Below, one piece after another: positions 25,438 to 34,470 of a stretch of DNA of 64,000 nucleotides (positions within the stretch are counted from its first letter, which is position 1; each line of letters starts with the position of its first letter). Origin of the DNA: Myxococcota bacterium. GTDB lineage: Bacteria > Myxococcota_A > Polyangia > Nannocystales > Nannocystaceae. Where the stretch lies: positions 192,001 to 256,000 of the forward strand of contig JBCCHT010000008.1 of the NCBI GenBank assembly GCA_039028615.1. Reading direction: 5' to 3'. Under the pieces are notes generated by a model. It had not been told where the DNA came from. It saw only the letters and a list, made by a program, of their open reading frames with translations, and did no database searches. Made by a program: the position numbers and the translations under genes.

Positions 25438-28400
25438 CTAGCACCGACCCACCGCAGTGGGGACCGGGGAAACCCGGGGGCCAGGGACCGCAGGGGGTCG
25501 AGCCGGCATCGCTTGCACCGTTGCTCCGCGGCGGTCGACCTCGCCGACTCCAGGTGCCTTGCGGCCGCTCATCTTCGCCAACAGGTCATTTTGGAGTCGG
25601 CGGAAGATGGCATCCGAACTCAAGGGGTTCTTGCGCTGCGCTTGGAACTTGTCGACGCACCACTTGAAGTTGCCCTCCAGCGTGAAGTCGGCGAGAGCCG
25701 GATCCGCCCGACAGCCCTCGGCAATCTCGCGGGCCTTGGCGTAGATCTTCTGGAACGAGACATCGACCGCGGTGGCATCGGCGGGCACCCGCGAGCTCTT
25801 GCCGTAGACCTCGAGCCACTTGTCCGCCCGAGCCCGTTGCTCGGGGGACAAGCGCGACGCCAGGCGATCGAGCTGCTCGCGGTAGACCTGCTCGGCGCCC
25901 TCCCCGAAGAGCTGTCGGCAGTGCCGGAGGATGTTGTACACGCCGTCGGTCGTGTCCTGGGGGCACTCGGCCTGCTCGATCCGCAGCGACACGTAGTCTT
26001 CGAGGTCGCCGTAGTCCTCGGCCGCACTCGGCCTTTCGAGGACATTGGCCGACAGCAGGTGCATGATCCGGTAGTTGGTCGACTTGAGGTGGTTCATCTG
26101 CTCGAGCCGAGCCGAGTCCCCCGCCTCGCCCCGGTACCACTCGAACTCGTGCCGATAGTAGTCGAGGGCGCGCTCGTAGATCTCGGTCATCTCGTCGGAG
26201 TAGAAGCCGCTCGAGCGGATCAGCGTCCAGACCTTCGACCGCTCCACGCTCTCCCGCGTGATGGCGGGGGCGTCGTTTTCGGCGCCGAGCTCGTTCGCGT
26301 CGTCGACGTTGAAGATCATCGCCTCCACGGTGAGCAATAGCGGGAAGCACTGCCAGAACTCGTCGCGGCTCCAGCCGTTGCCCTGGTAGTACACATGGTA
26401 CGAACAAAGGACGTTGCGGAGCGCTCGGCGGATGGAATCGAGCGGCAGGGTGTCGAGGTCGAAGGGATCGCGCTCGCTCGTCACCGGCTTCAGTATCGCC
26501 GCGGGCATCGCCCCCGGCCGGGTGAACCCGGCGATGCCCTGGGCCAGCTCGCCGACCCACGTGCGCATCGCTTCGTTCTGCCGCCCGAGTGCCTGCTCGA
26601 GCCGCCCCAGGTCCTCCACCACGTCGGCGAACAGCGCTTCCAGCCTGCGCAGAGTGTAGTCCAGGCTCCCGTGCTCCTCGAGCACCGCCAGTAGCCGTCG
26701 CTTGTCCTCGTCGGTCTTGTCGGCCTTGGCAAAGACCTCCATGAATACGTCGTAGGTGTCGGGATGTTCACCGATGCAGTGCACGACCGGATACGAGAAC
26801 TTCCCTTCGTCGAAGTCCGAGGCCATGCCGCCCTTTTTGGCGAAGTATGCCTCCGACGTGAGGTCGAGGTAGTCGTCGCGCACCTGGAAGAACACGCCGA
26901 TGTTGTCGGAAAAGCGCAGCACGGTGTCGTGAATGTCCGAGGAGACCGCCCGCGGGCTCAGCTCCAGCAAGCACGCCGCGAACACCCGGAAGAAGCTGCC
27001 CGTCTTGTTGGAGACCATCGCGAGGTAGGCGTCTTCGCTCGGGCACTGGCCCTTCTCGCGGAAGTACACGTCGTGGCTCTGGCCCACGTGCGCCCGCGCC
27101 GACTCCTCGAGGTACGCCAGCAGGCAGCCCTCGCCGAGGTTGAGGTAGGTCGACAGCAGGATCTGGAAGAACGAGGTGTACGCGGCCCCCAACGCCTGGT
27201 TCGTGCCGAACTGCACGTGGGCGCTGGCCTGCGTCCGCCGCACGTCCGTGTCGTCCATGACGTCGTCGATCAGCAAGGAGCAGTTGTGGATGCACTGCCC
27301 CGTCTCCAGCAGGTGCGCCATCTGATCGGTCGCCACATCGAGCCAGGCGTTGATGGCCATGGCGAACTTGACGCGATGCCCGCTGCCCTTCTTCTCCGTG
27401 GTGTACAGCAGGGGATCGAAGATCGGGTCCTCGGTATCGAGGTACGTGCCCAAGTTCGACGGGAACGACAGCGGCATCTTGTCCACCATCGTCATGTCGA
27501 CCCTGGACCACTCGCGCACGCGCTCGGCGAGCCGCTCCTTCATGACCCGGGAGCTGCCCTCGAGACCCTGGCCCCCGAGCAACAAGGGCAGGAGATCGAG
27601 GCCCCCGTGCTTGCTACTGAAGTCCTGCAGCAGGTCCATGGCCGCCCCATAGGCCTCGTCCAGGGTGTTCTGCAGCGACCCCTCGAACTGCATGAAGGGC
27701 ATCAGCGTGTCGATGAAGGCCTCGATCAGATCGGGCTCCACCAGGTCGAACATGTGGGGCTTGCCCTCGGCGAAGAGCAGCTCGTCCATCTGCACCAGCG
27801 GCTGGAGCATCCGGGTGACCTTGTCGTGCTTCTCCGTGAAGATCTCGCACGGCGCTCCCGAGTACTGCGCGTCCCTCAGCACCGCGTTGGCCGCCCGCCG
27901 CCCGCTCTCGTTGGCCGACTCCATGGTGGCCACATAGGCCGAGGTCCGGGTGAAGTCGCCCGCGATGTACAGGTTAGTGATGGCGGTCTCGTTGGTCGGT
28001 CGGTTGTGCCACGACGCGACCTTGTTCATGAACAGCGGCGTCTCGTTGTACGACTGGTCGTCCCCGGTCAGGTGAACGCCCGGGTCGACCTCCGAGTGCA
28101 GGACCTCCATCTGGGCGAAGCTCGCCGCGTACGCCTCGGGCGCGTAGGCCCGCAGCTGCGCCTCGACTTCTTCGATGAGCTCGGCCTTGGTGCAGTGCTT
28201 GGCCGGCTTGCGGACCTCGATCCCGGGCGCGTCCCAGTCGGCGATGATCAGCGACAAGATCGCGCCGTAGTCCTCGCTGTCGAAGCGCTCGTCCCAGAAG
28301 TCCGTCTGCTGGATGCAGGAGATCGACCACGGAGAGCTGCAGAAGCCGAGGTGCCCCCGCGGCATGTCCATGGGCTGCTTCAGATACAGCTGCAGGCCCG

Positions 28401-29274
28401 TCTGCCAGTCCGACTCCAGCGCGGGGAGCTTCTGGAGCATGGGGTCCTTGGCCACCATCGCCTCGGGCAGCAGCGCCTCCAGGTTGGCGTGCGGAATGGC
28501 CAGGACGTAGTAGTCGGCCTCCTCGGTGAACGAAGTCCCATGCTGCGTGAGCTCCAGCCCGGTGATCTGCTCGCCGTCGTGGCGGATCTTCTCCACGGTG
28601 ACGTCCTGGTGAATGACCACGCCCAGCGACCGCAGGTGACGTTCCCAGTAGTCGAACCACGTGTCGTTGGTGGGGCCCTCGAGAATGTCCAGGCCGGGGT
28701 TCACCAGCAGCCGATTGATGCTGTAGCTCATCGCGCGAACGGAGACCTCGGTCGAGTGCACCGAGGCCGTCGCCTTGGCCATGTTCTTGAAGAAGTGCAC
28801 GACCGTCTCGGACTCGCCCTGCAGGCTCTGCTCGACGTAGTCGTCCCAGTTCGTGTCCCCGAGCTCGCCCTCGTGCCGCGCCTTGCACGAACTCATCGCC
28901 TTGATCCACGCGACCGGAGGCCGAATGGGCACGGGCTCCGGCTTCACGAACGAGAACGAGTAGTCATCGATGGTGAGCTCGTCGACCGCGGTCAGGTGCT
29001 CGAACACGGTCTGCCCTGCCTCTTTGCCGGGGATCCGCGCCAGCGTGTGGTGCAGGTTCTCGTACCAGCGCAAGAAGAACCGAAAGCCGTGCTCGGCGGC
29101 GTGGCTCCCACCGTTGAGATAGAAGCTGCGGGCCTTGCCCCCCAGCTCCGCGTTGCGGTCGTAGACCGTGACGTCGAAGCCACGCTCGGCCAGCTCGTGC
29201 GCGGCCGTGAGTCCCGAAATACCTCCGCCCACCACCAATACTCGGGCGGGGCGTAACTCGCCTGTGTTCACCAT
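25438..29274 (-). CDS. Three-domain fusion: FAD oxidoreductase (HpnE/carotenoid desaturase-like), trans-polyprenyl (GGPP-type) synthase, and an isoprenoid-synthase-like C-terminal domain
   Basis: GGGISG dinucleotide fold, EHGFRFF, LYIAGDF..TMESANESG; HNCSLLIDDVMD..RR, GQ, KT, FFQVRDDYLD, DFDEGKFSYP; C-terminal NVDDANE and KSTNYR. Confidence 0.85.
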   Translation of the reverse strand: MVNTGELRPARVLVVGGGISGLTAAHELAERGFDVTVYDRNAELGGKARSFYLNGGSHAAEHGFRFFLRWYENLHHTLARIPGKEAGQTVFEHLTAVDELTIDDYSFSFVKPEPVPIRPPVAWIKAMSSCKARHEGELGDTNWDDYVEQSLQGESETVVHFFKNMAKATASVHSTEVSVRAMSYSINRLLVNPGLDILEGPTNDTWFDYWERHLRSLGVVIHQDVTVEKIRHDGEQITGLELTQHGTSFTEEADYYVLAIPHANLEALLPEAMVAKDPMLQKLPALESDWQTGLQLYLKQPMDMPRGHLGFCSSPWSISCIQQTDFWDERFDSEDYGAILSLIIADWDAPGIEVRKPAKHCTKAELIEEVEAQLRAYAPEAYAASFAQMEVLHSEVDPGVHLTGDDQSYNETPLFMNKVASWHNRPTNETAITNLYIAGDFTRTSAYVATMESANESGRRAANAVLRDAQYSGAPCEIFTEKHDKVTRMLQPLVQMDELLFAEGKPHMFDLVEPDLIEAFIDTLMPFMQFEGSLQNTLDEAYGAAMDLLQDFSSKHGGLDLLPLLLGGQGLEGSSRVMKERLAERVREWSRVDMTMVDKMPLSFPSNLGTYLDTEDPIFDPLLYTTEKKGSGHRVKFAMAINAWLDVATDQMAHLLETGQCIHNCSLLIDDVMDDTDVRRTQASAHVQFGTNQALGAAYTSFFQILLSTYLNLGEGCLLAYLEESARAHVGQSHDVYFREKGQCPSEDAYLAMVSNKTGSFFRVFAACLLELSPRAVSSDIHDTVLRFSDNIGVFFQVRDDYLDLTSEAYFAKKGGMASDFDEGKFSYPVVHCIGEHPDTYDVFMEVFAKADKTDEDKRRLLAVLEEHGSLDYTLRRLEALFADVVEDLGRLEQALGRQNEAMRTWVGELAQGIAGFTRPGAMPAAILKPVTSERDPFDLDTLPLDSIRRALRNVLCSYHVYYQGNGWSRDEFWQCFPLLLTVEAMIFNVDDANELGAENDAPAITRESVERSKVWTLIRSSGFYSDEMTEIYERALDYYRHEFEWYRGEAGDSARLEQMNHLKSTNYRIMHLLSANVLERPSAAEDYGDLEDYVSLRIEQAECPQDTTDGVYNILRHCRQLFGEGAEQVYREQLDRLASRLSPEQRARADKWLEVYGKSSRVPADATAVDVSFQKIYAKAREIAEGCRADPALADFTLEGNFKWCVDKFQAQRKNPLSSDAIFRRLQNDLLAKMSGRKAPGVGEVDRRGATVQAMPARPPAVPGPRVSPVPTAVGRC

Positions 29275-29353
29275 GATGGAATCCCATGACCGAGGCGGGG
29301 AGAGCCGCCTCGCGCGAGTGGAGTCCCGACCACTGCCGAATCCTTTCAAGCAA

Positions 29354-29397
29354 TCGTCCCTTCGCCGCCCGAAGAGCTCGGGCGGCGAAGGGGACGA
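29354..29397. terminator. Long hairpin downstream of rtcB
   Basis: TCGTCCCTTCGCCGCCCGA-AGAGC-TCGGGCGGCGAAGGGGACGA (19-bp stem with one bulge). Confidence 0.6.
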
Positions 29398-29410
29398 AAT
29401 GGCGCCGAAA

Positions 29411-30829
29411 TCAGGCCTTGAAGGTCAGCAGCGGTCGCATGCGCGCCACTCGGCTCACGACCCCCGCCTGCACCTGCACATCGACCACCGGGGTGATCGG
29501 TTTGTAGGCCGCGGGGGCCTCCTCGATCATGCGCTCGGCCTTGAGCGTGATGCACTCTACGCCGTCGAGCCCGAGATCTCGGGGGCCCTTGCGGCCGACC
29601 TCGAAGCGGCTCAGGGCACGACCCGCCCCGTGCGAGGCCGAGCTCAGGTAGCGGGCGTTGCCACGGCCCACCGCGAGGTACGACGAGTGACCCATCGACC
29701 CCGGGATCAACACCGGCTGTCCTTCGTGGGCCGGCGTGGCCCCCTTGCGGTGCACGAACCGGTCCCCCTCGCGCAGCACGATGTTGTGGGGCACGTCGAA
29801 GACCAGCGGCGCCTCGAGGTCAGGCCGATAGACCTCGCGCATGCGCAGCCGAACCAGCTCGGCCAGCAGCAGGCGATTGAGGAACGCATAGTTGGCCGCG
29901 CTGTGCACCGCCCCCAAGTACTGCGTCGCATCGTCGCCGTGCAGCGCGAAGATTCCCGCCTCGGGGTGCCGGACCCCGGTCGGCCAGCGCCGCCGTGCGC
30001 GATCGATCCACGTGTTGCCGACGTGGCGGCCGACCCCGCGCGACCCGGTGTGCACCATGAACGCCACCTGCCCCCGCCGCACGCCCCACTCGAAGGCACG
30101 GCGCGGGTCGAGGATCTCGTCGACCACCTGCAGCTCGAGGAAGTGGTTGCCACCGCCCAGCGTGGCCAGGGTCGGGTCGCGCAGCCACGATCGAGAATCG
30201 TCGACCAGCGCCTCGGGAGCATGACGGGCATCCCCGAGGAAGCTGCCGAGCTCGTACACCCGCGACAGGTCATCCCATAGCTGGGTCAGCTCGCTGCGGG
30301 CGAGTGCACCGCCGCGGGCCGTGCCCTGGGATTCCAGCCACCCCACGCAGCCCTCACCAAAGAGCGCGCGCATGGCCGCGGGCGTCATGGGCAGGTCGCG
30401 GGTCCCCAACAACAGGTCGCCGCGCAGGCGCTCGACCAGCGCCTCCTTGTGTGCGGTGAAACCATCGATGTCGAGGTCGGTCACGTGCAGGCGCATGCCG
30501 CAGTTGATGTCGGTACCGATGGCCTGGGGCACGACCAGGTCGGTCGTGGTGGCCACCACCGCCCCCACCGGAACGAGGTGCCCGGCGTGGAAGTCCGGCG
30601 TCGCGCAGACCGAGCACACCTGCCCACCCTGCGGATGCCCCACGCTCGCGAAGGCCATGAGCTGGTGCAGCGCCTTGGACTCCAGCGGGAACCCAGGCGG
30701 CAGCAACAGCTCGGCGGAAGGAATGTCGGCACGGCCGGATCGGCGGATCCGGACGCCATGGGCGGTGGATTGAAGATCGAGGCCTTCGCGGGCCAGGGCC
30801 GCGAAGACGCGAGAGAGTCGCTTGGACAT
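29411..30829 (-). CDS. rtcB: RtcB family RNA ligase
   Basis: TPDFHAG..PVG, IGTDINCGMR, TLGGGNHFLE, HTGSRG, HNI, HRKGATPA, IPGSMG, SASHGAGR, EEAPAAYK. Confidence 0.93.
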   Translation of the reverse strand: MSKRLSRVFAALAREGLDLQSTAHGVRIRRSGRADIPSAELLLPPGFPLESKALHQLMAFASVGHPQGGQVCSVCATPDFHAGHLVPVGAVVATTTDLVVPQAIGTDINCGMRLHVTDLDIDGFTAHKEALVERLRGDLLLGTRDLPMTPAAMRALFGEGCVGWLESQGTARGGALARSELTQLWDDLSRVYELGSFLGDARHAPEALVDDSRSWLRDPTLATLGGGNHFLELQVVDEILDPRRAFEWGVRRGQVAFMVHTGSRGVGRHVGNTWIDRARRRWPTGVRHPEAGIFALHGDDATQYLGAVHSAANYAFLNRLLLAELVRLRMREVYRPDLEAPLVFDVPHNIVLREGDRFVHRKGATPAHEGQPVLIPGSMGHSSYLAVGRGNARYLSSASHGAGRALSRFEVGRKGPRDLGLDGVECITLKAERMIEEAPAAYKPITPVVDVQVQAGVVSRVARMRPLLTFKA

Positions 30830-31035
30830 GATTGGCTGCTCCTGGCGACGCGCCGAGCGAGCCGGAGGCCCGCCCTCGCATCGCCCTGCTCGAGACGAAA
30901 CGAAGTTCGACCCGGGTCCACCCCCGCGAAAACGCGGGAGGACACGGGGTCCACGAGCGAGGTCAGCAGCCAGCATCCCTCGCAGTCGCGCAGTATGACG
31001 CGCTCGCGAGGCGAAGCAATCAAATCTTTGTCGAT

Positions 31036-32202
31036 TTATTTTTGGGCGGTGCGTCGCGGCGGCGTCGGCTTGCTCGAGTCGCCCCCATCGTCGAAGTCGA
31101 GCAAGGTCGACGCCCCCAGGCCCAGCACCACCCCGAAGACGGTGGCCGCCACCAGCGAGATGCGGCGCGTCCCCGGGCGCTGGAGGGCCCGCTCCAGCTC
31201 GACCAGCAGCGGCTGCATCGTGCGGTAGCGATCCTCGGGGCGATAGGCCATGGCCCGCACGATGGCCTTCCGCAGGCGTCGGGGCACCGGGCTCCGCCGC
31301 GGGAAGGGCTGCACGTCGCCGTCGAGCACCGCCTTGGCGTACTTGCCCTTGCTCCGCCCCTTGAACGGCAGCTGGCCCGTCAGCGCTTCGTACAGCGAGA
31401 CCGCGAACGCGAACTGATCCGATCGAGGATCGGAAGGCATCGAGCGGATCTGTTCGGCCGGCATGTAGGCGGGAGTGCCCAGGCGGGCGCCCGCTGGGGT
31501 GAGCGTGTTGCCGCCTTCGCTCACCGGCAGGTCGTCGTTCGTGGCGCGCCGCGAGTCGTCTTCCTCGGCGCTGCGGTTGGGCTTGGTGATGGCCTTGCTC
31601 CGCGCCACCACCGGCTCCCCCGAAGGGCGAGAGCTCCGACGATCGAGGGCCGGCTTGGCCAGGCCGAAGTCGACGACCTTGGGCACGCCCTCTTCTCCGA
31701 GCAGCACGTTCTCCGGCTTGAAGTCGCGATGCACCACCCCGCGAGAGTGCGCTGCCATCAGACCGCGACCCGCGTGGAGGAAGACCTCGACGATCTCCTG
31801 CCAGGTCCGGCGCTGGCGTAGCCACTCGCGAAGCGTCTGACCATCCACCAGCTCCATGCCGATGAACGCGTCCTCGCTCACATCGTCCACGCCGACGTCG
31901 AAGACCTGCACCACATTGGAGTGACACAGGCGCGCGACCACCTGGGCTTCACGCAGCAATCGCTGCCGAGCGCGTGCACCCATGTTGTCGCTGCCTCGTA
32001 GTCGCTTGATCGCGATCATGCGATCGAGGCCGGGGTCGTAGGCGCGATAGACCTCGCCCATGCCTCCTCGACCCAGCAGATCGAGCAACACGTAGCGACC
32101 GAGCCGATGCGCGGGCGGACGTTGGGGTCCCGTGAAACGACCACTCTCCGACAACGTGCGTCGAATCAGTCGCCCCTCGGAGCCCGACCAGGATGCACGC
32201 AT
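31036..32202 (-). CDS. Ser/Thr protein kinase with a C-terminal TM segment
   Basis: LGRGGMGEVY, IAIK, HRDFKPEN, DFG, GTPAYM, SDQFAF; start uncertain. Confidence 0.92.
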   Translation of the reverse strand: MRASWSGSEGRLIRRTLSESGRFTGPQRPPAHRLGRYVLLDLLGRGGMGEVYRAYDPGLDRMIAIKRLRGSDNMGARARQRLLREAQVVARLCHSNVVQVFDVGVDDVSEDAFIGMELVDGQTLREWLRQRRTWQEIVEVFLHAGRGLMAAHSRGVVHRDFKPENVLLGEEGVPKVVDFGLAKPALDRRSSRPSGEPVVARSKAITKPNRSAEEDDSRRATNDDLPVSEGGNTLTPAGARLGTPAYMPAEQIRSMPSDPRSDQFAFAVSLYEALTGQLPFKGRSKGKYAKAVLDGDVQPFPRRSPVPRRLRKAIVRAMAYRPEDRYRTMQPLLVELERALQRPGTRRISLVAATVFGVVLGLGASTLLDFDDGGDSSKPTPPRRTAQK

Positions 32203-32637
32203 CCCGGAACCTGCACTTCCGTCTCCCACAACCCCGCAAAAAAGAACCTAGCAGAACACCGTCAGTGGTTTTATCAGGCCCGCCCCTACCGGTTCGCCCA
32301 CGCGCAGTGACGAACACAACGGCGGCCGATGCAAGACCACGGGCGCTGTCGGACTTCCCCTCGCGTTCCCAAAACAGGAGGCGAAATGCCCCATTTCTTT
32401 CAGGCTGGGCCGCTCGCCCCGCCCGTCATTCCAACACGTGGTGAGGGTTACCCCCAAGCAGTGATGGCGCCGCGACCGGTTGTCAGGCGTCAACGACTCA
32501 TCGACATGCGCTCGAAGGTGGTGGGGTCGATGTACGTAGATCGGGCCAGCACCACGACACGACGTCGGTAGAATTTTCGATCGCGTGTTTCGACCACGAT
32601 GCTCGAGTCGACGTACTCGGCGGCGACCGATCGAAGT

Positions 32638-32767
32638 CGCGTCGACGAGTCCGATGCACGACCCCTCCGATCGATCGAACGAGCGAGCGATCGCGTCGAC
32701 GATTCGGATGCACGACCCTCGAGTCGAGCACGCGACCGCGTCGACCCTTCGGATGCACGAACCTCGA
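32638..32767. repeat. Three degenerate direct repeats of about 30 bp
   Basis: CGCGTCGACnnnTCsGATGCACGAmCC at 32638, 32692 and 32737. Confidence 0.75.
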
Positions 32768-32832
32768 GGCGAACCAGCACGTGCGACCCGAAGCGATGTC
32801 GCGCGGCTCCTGCCCTTCGTCGATTTCGTCGC

Positions 32833-32861
32833 TTGCGGATCCCGATCCACCGCGCTAGCTT
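32833..32861 (+). promoter_or_regulatory. Sigma70-like promoter for the leader-hflX-ABC-F operon
   Basis: TTGCGG-17 nt-TAGCTT, 35 nt upstream of the leader ORF. Confidence 0.45.
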
Positions 32862-32895
32862 GTGTAGCCAGTCGAACTCCTTCAGGAGTGATCTC

Positions 32896-32919
32896 ATGGA
32901 CTGCTTCCACTTCGTCTAG
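32896..32919 (+). CDS. Putative leader peptide (uORF) MDCFHFV
   Basis: AGGAG-7 nt-ATG GAC TGC TTC CAC TTC GTC TAG, followed by hairpins and a TTCTTTTT tract upstream of hflX. Confidence 0.55.
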   Translation: MDCFHFV

Positions 32920-33090
32920 TCCGCTCTTTTCGAGCCGAGTCCCCCCTTTGACTCGATCGTCTCGGCGATCGCGCGATCTTCTTTTTGGTTCGCGCGCCCG
33001 AGGCCCCGGACGACGATTCACCGTCTAGAGCCCGTGTTCCCCGTTTGCGGGGGCCTCGGCCGCGGACCGGTGCGTCGACGAAGAGGCGCC

Positions 33091-34470
33091 ATGAAATTCC
33101 ATTCGAAACCCGTAGAAGAACACCAAGAAGTCCCCCTTTCCGACGACGGCCGCTGGGAGCAGCTGGTCTCCCACTGGCACGCACGACAACCCGGCGAAGC
33201 ACCACGCACTGAAGGCAGCAACGCTTGCTACGTGGTCTCGGTGAGCCAATCGCCGACGGCCGAGCGCACCGAAGCTCGGCTGGCCGAGATCGCCGCGCTG
33301 GTCGAAGCCCAAGGCGATGCCGTCGTCGGCCGCGAAGTCCTGCACCGCGCCCGGCCCGATCCCCGGACCTACCTCGGGCGCGGCGCGTCGCGGCAGATTG
33401 CCCAGCGGGCCGCCGACTGCGGCGCTGACATGCTCGTCGTCGATGCCGAGCTGTCTCCCTCGCAGACCCGCAACCTCGAAGATGCCACCGCGCTGCCGAT
33501 CTGTGATCGCGAAGCGGTGATCCTGAACGTGTTCCAGTGCCACGCAAAGACCCGCAAGGCTCGGATCCAGATCGAGATCGCCCACCTCCAGTATCTCCGC
33601 CCGCGGATCCGCGGGCTGGGACTGCAGATGGACCAGCAAGCGGGCGGCATCATGGCGGGACGAGGTCCCGGAGAGACGGCGTCCGAGTTGCTCGCGCGTC
33701 GGCTCGACGGGCGACTGTCCATGCTGCGCAAGGCCTTCGCTCGGCTCCAGCGGGCGGGGCAGACCCAGCGCAAGAGCCGTGACGACTGCCAACGCGTCGT
33801 GCTCGTCGGCTACACCAACGCCGGCAAGACCTCGCTGATGAACGCGCTCACCGGGGCGGGCCTGTCGGCCAAGGACATGCCCTTCGAGACCCTCGACACC
33901 ACCTCGCGCTGCCTCACCCGCCACGGCGGTGACGTCGTGCTCAGCGATACCGTGGGCTTCATTCGTCGGCTCCCCACGCGGCTGCTCGAGAGCTTCGAGT
34001 CCACGCTGGCCGAGCTGTGCGAGGCGTCGGTCGTCGCGGTGGTCGTGGACGTCTCCGATCCCGAGCTGGAGATGCACCTGGAGACCACCGACGCGATGAT
34101 CGCCCGACTGGGAGCCGAACGGATCCCCCGGATCGTCATCTTCAACAAGCTCGATCGACTGGAGCGGGAGCCGCCGCGGGAGTTCTTTGAACGACACAGC
34201 CGCGGGTCGCCCCATGTGGTGCTCAGCTGCCACGACGAGGCCGCCACCGACCGGCTTCGGCAATCGCTCATCTCGCTCGCCCGCGCCCAGTACCGCCGGG
34301 CGCGGGTGTTCCTGCCCTACGCCGCCTCCGATGCCACGGCCAAGGCCTATGCCACTTGCCGGGTACTCGAGTCCAAGGCGACGCCCGACGGGCTCGTGCT
34401 GACCCTCGAAGGCCCGCCGCACCTCGTCGAGCAGATCCGCCAAGCGGGCAAACAAAGGCGACAGTCATGA
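33091..34470 (+). CDS. hflX: Ribosome-splitting GTPase HflX
   Basis: ELSPSQTRNLE, GRGPGET, VGYTNAGKTSLMN (G1), FETLDTT (G2), DTVGF (G3), NKLD (G4). Confidence 0.93.
   Translation: MKFHSKPVEEHQEVPLSDDGRWEQLVSHWHARQPGEAPRTEGSNACYVVSVSQSPTAERTEARLAEIAALVEAQGDAVVGREVLHRARPDPRTYLGRGASRQIAQRAADCGADMLVVDAELSPSQTRNLEDATALPICDREAVILNVFQCHAKTRKARIQIEIAHLQYLRPRIRGLGLQMDQQAGGIMAGRGPGETASELLARRLDGRLSMLRKAFARLQRAGQTQRKSRDDCQRVVLVGYTNAGKTSLMNALTGAGLSAKDMPFETLDTTSRCLTRHGGDVVLSDTVGFIRRLPTRLLESFESTLAELCEASVVAVVVDVSDPELEMHLETTDAMIARLGAERIPRIVIFNKLDRLEREPPREFFERHSRGSPHVVLSCHDEAATDRLRQSLISLARAQYRRARVFLPYAASDATAKAYATCRVLESKATPDGLVLTLEGPPHLVEQIRQAGKQRRQS

Noticed and set aside
29411..31927. 838-aa ORF suggesting an N-terminally extended RtcB
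   Set aside because: The extension is an alternative frame of the kinase gene. RtcB similarity starts at ATG 30829, which has a GGAG RBS.
32638..32767. Possible mini-CRISPR
   Set aside because: The repeats are degenerate, the spacers are short and unequal, and there are no cas genes.
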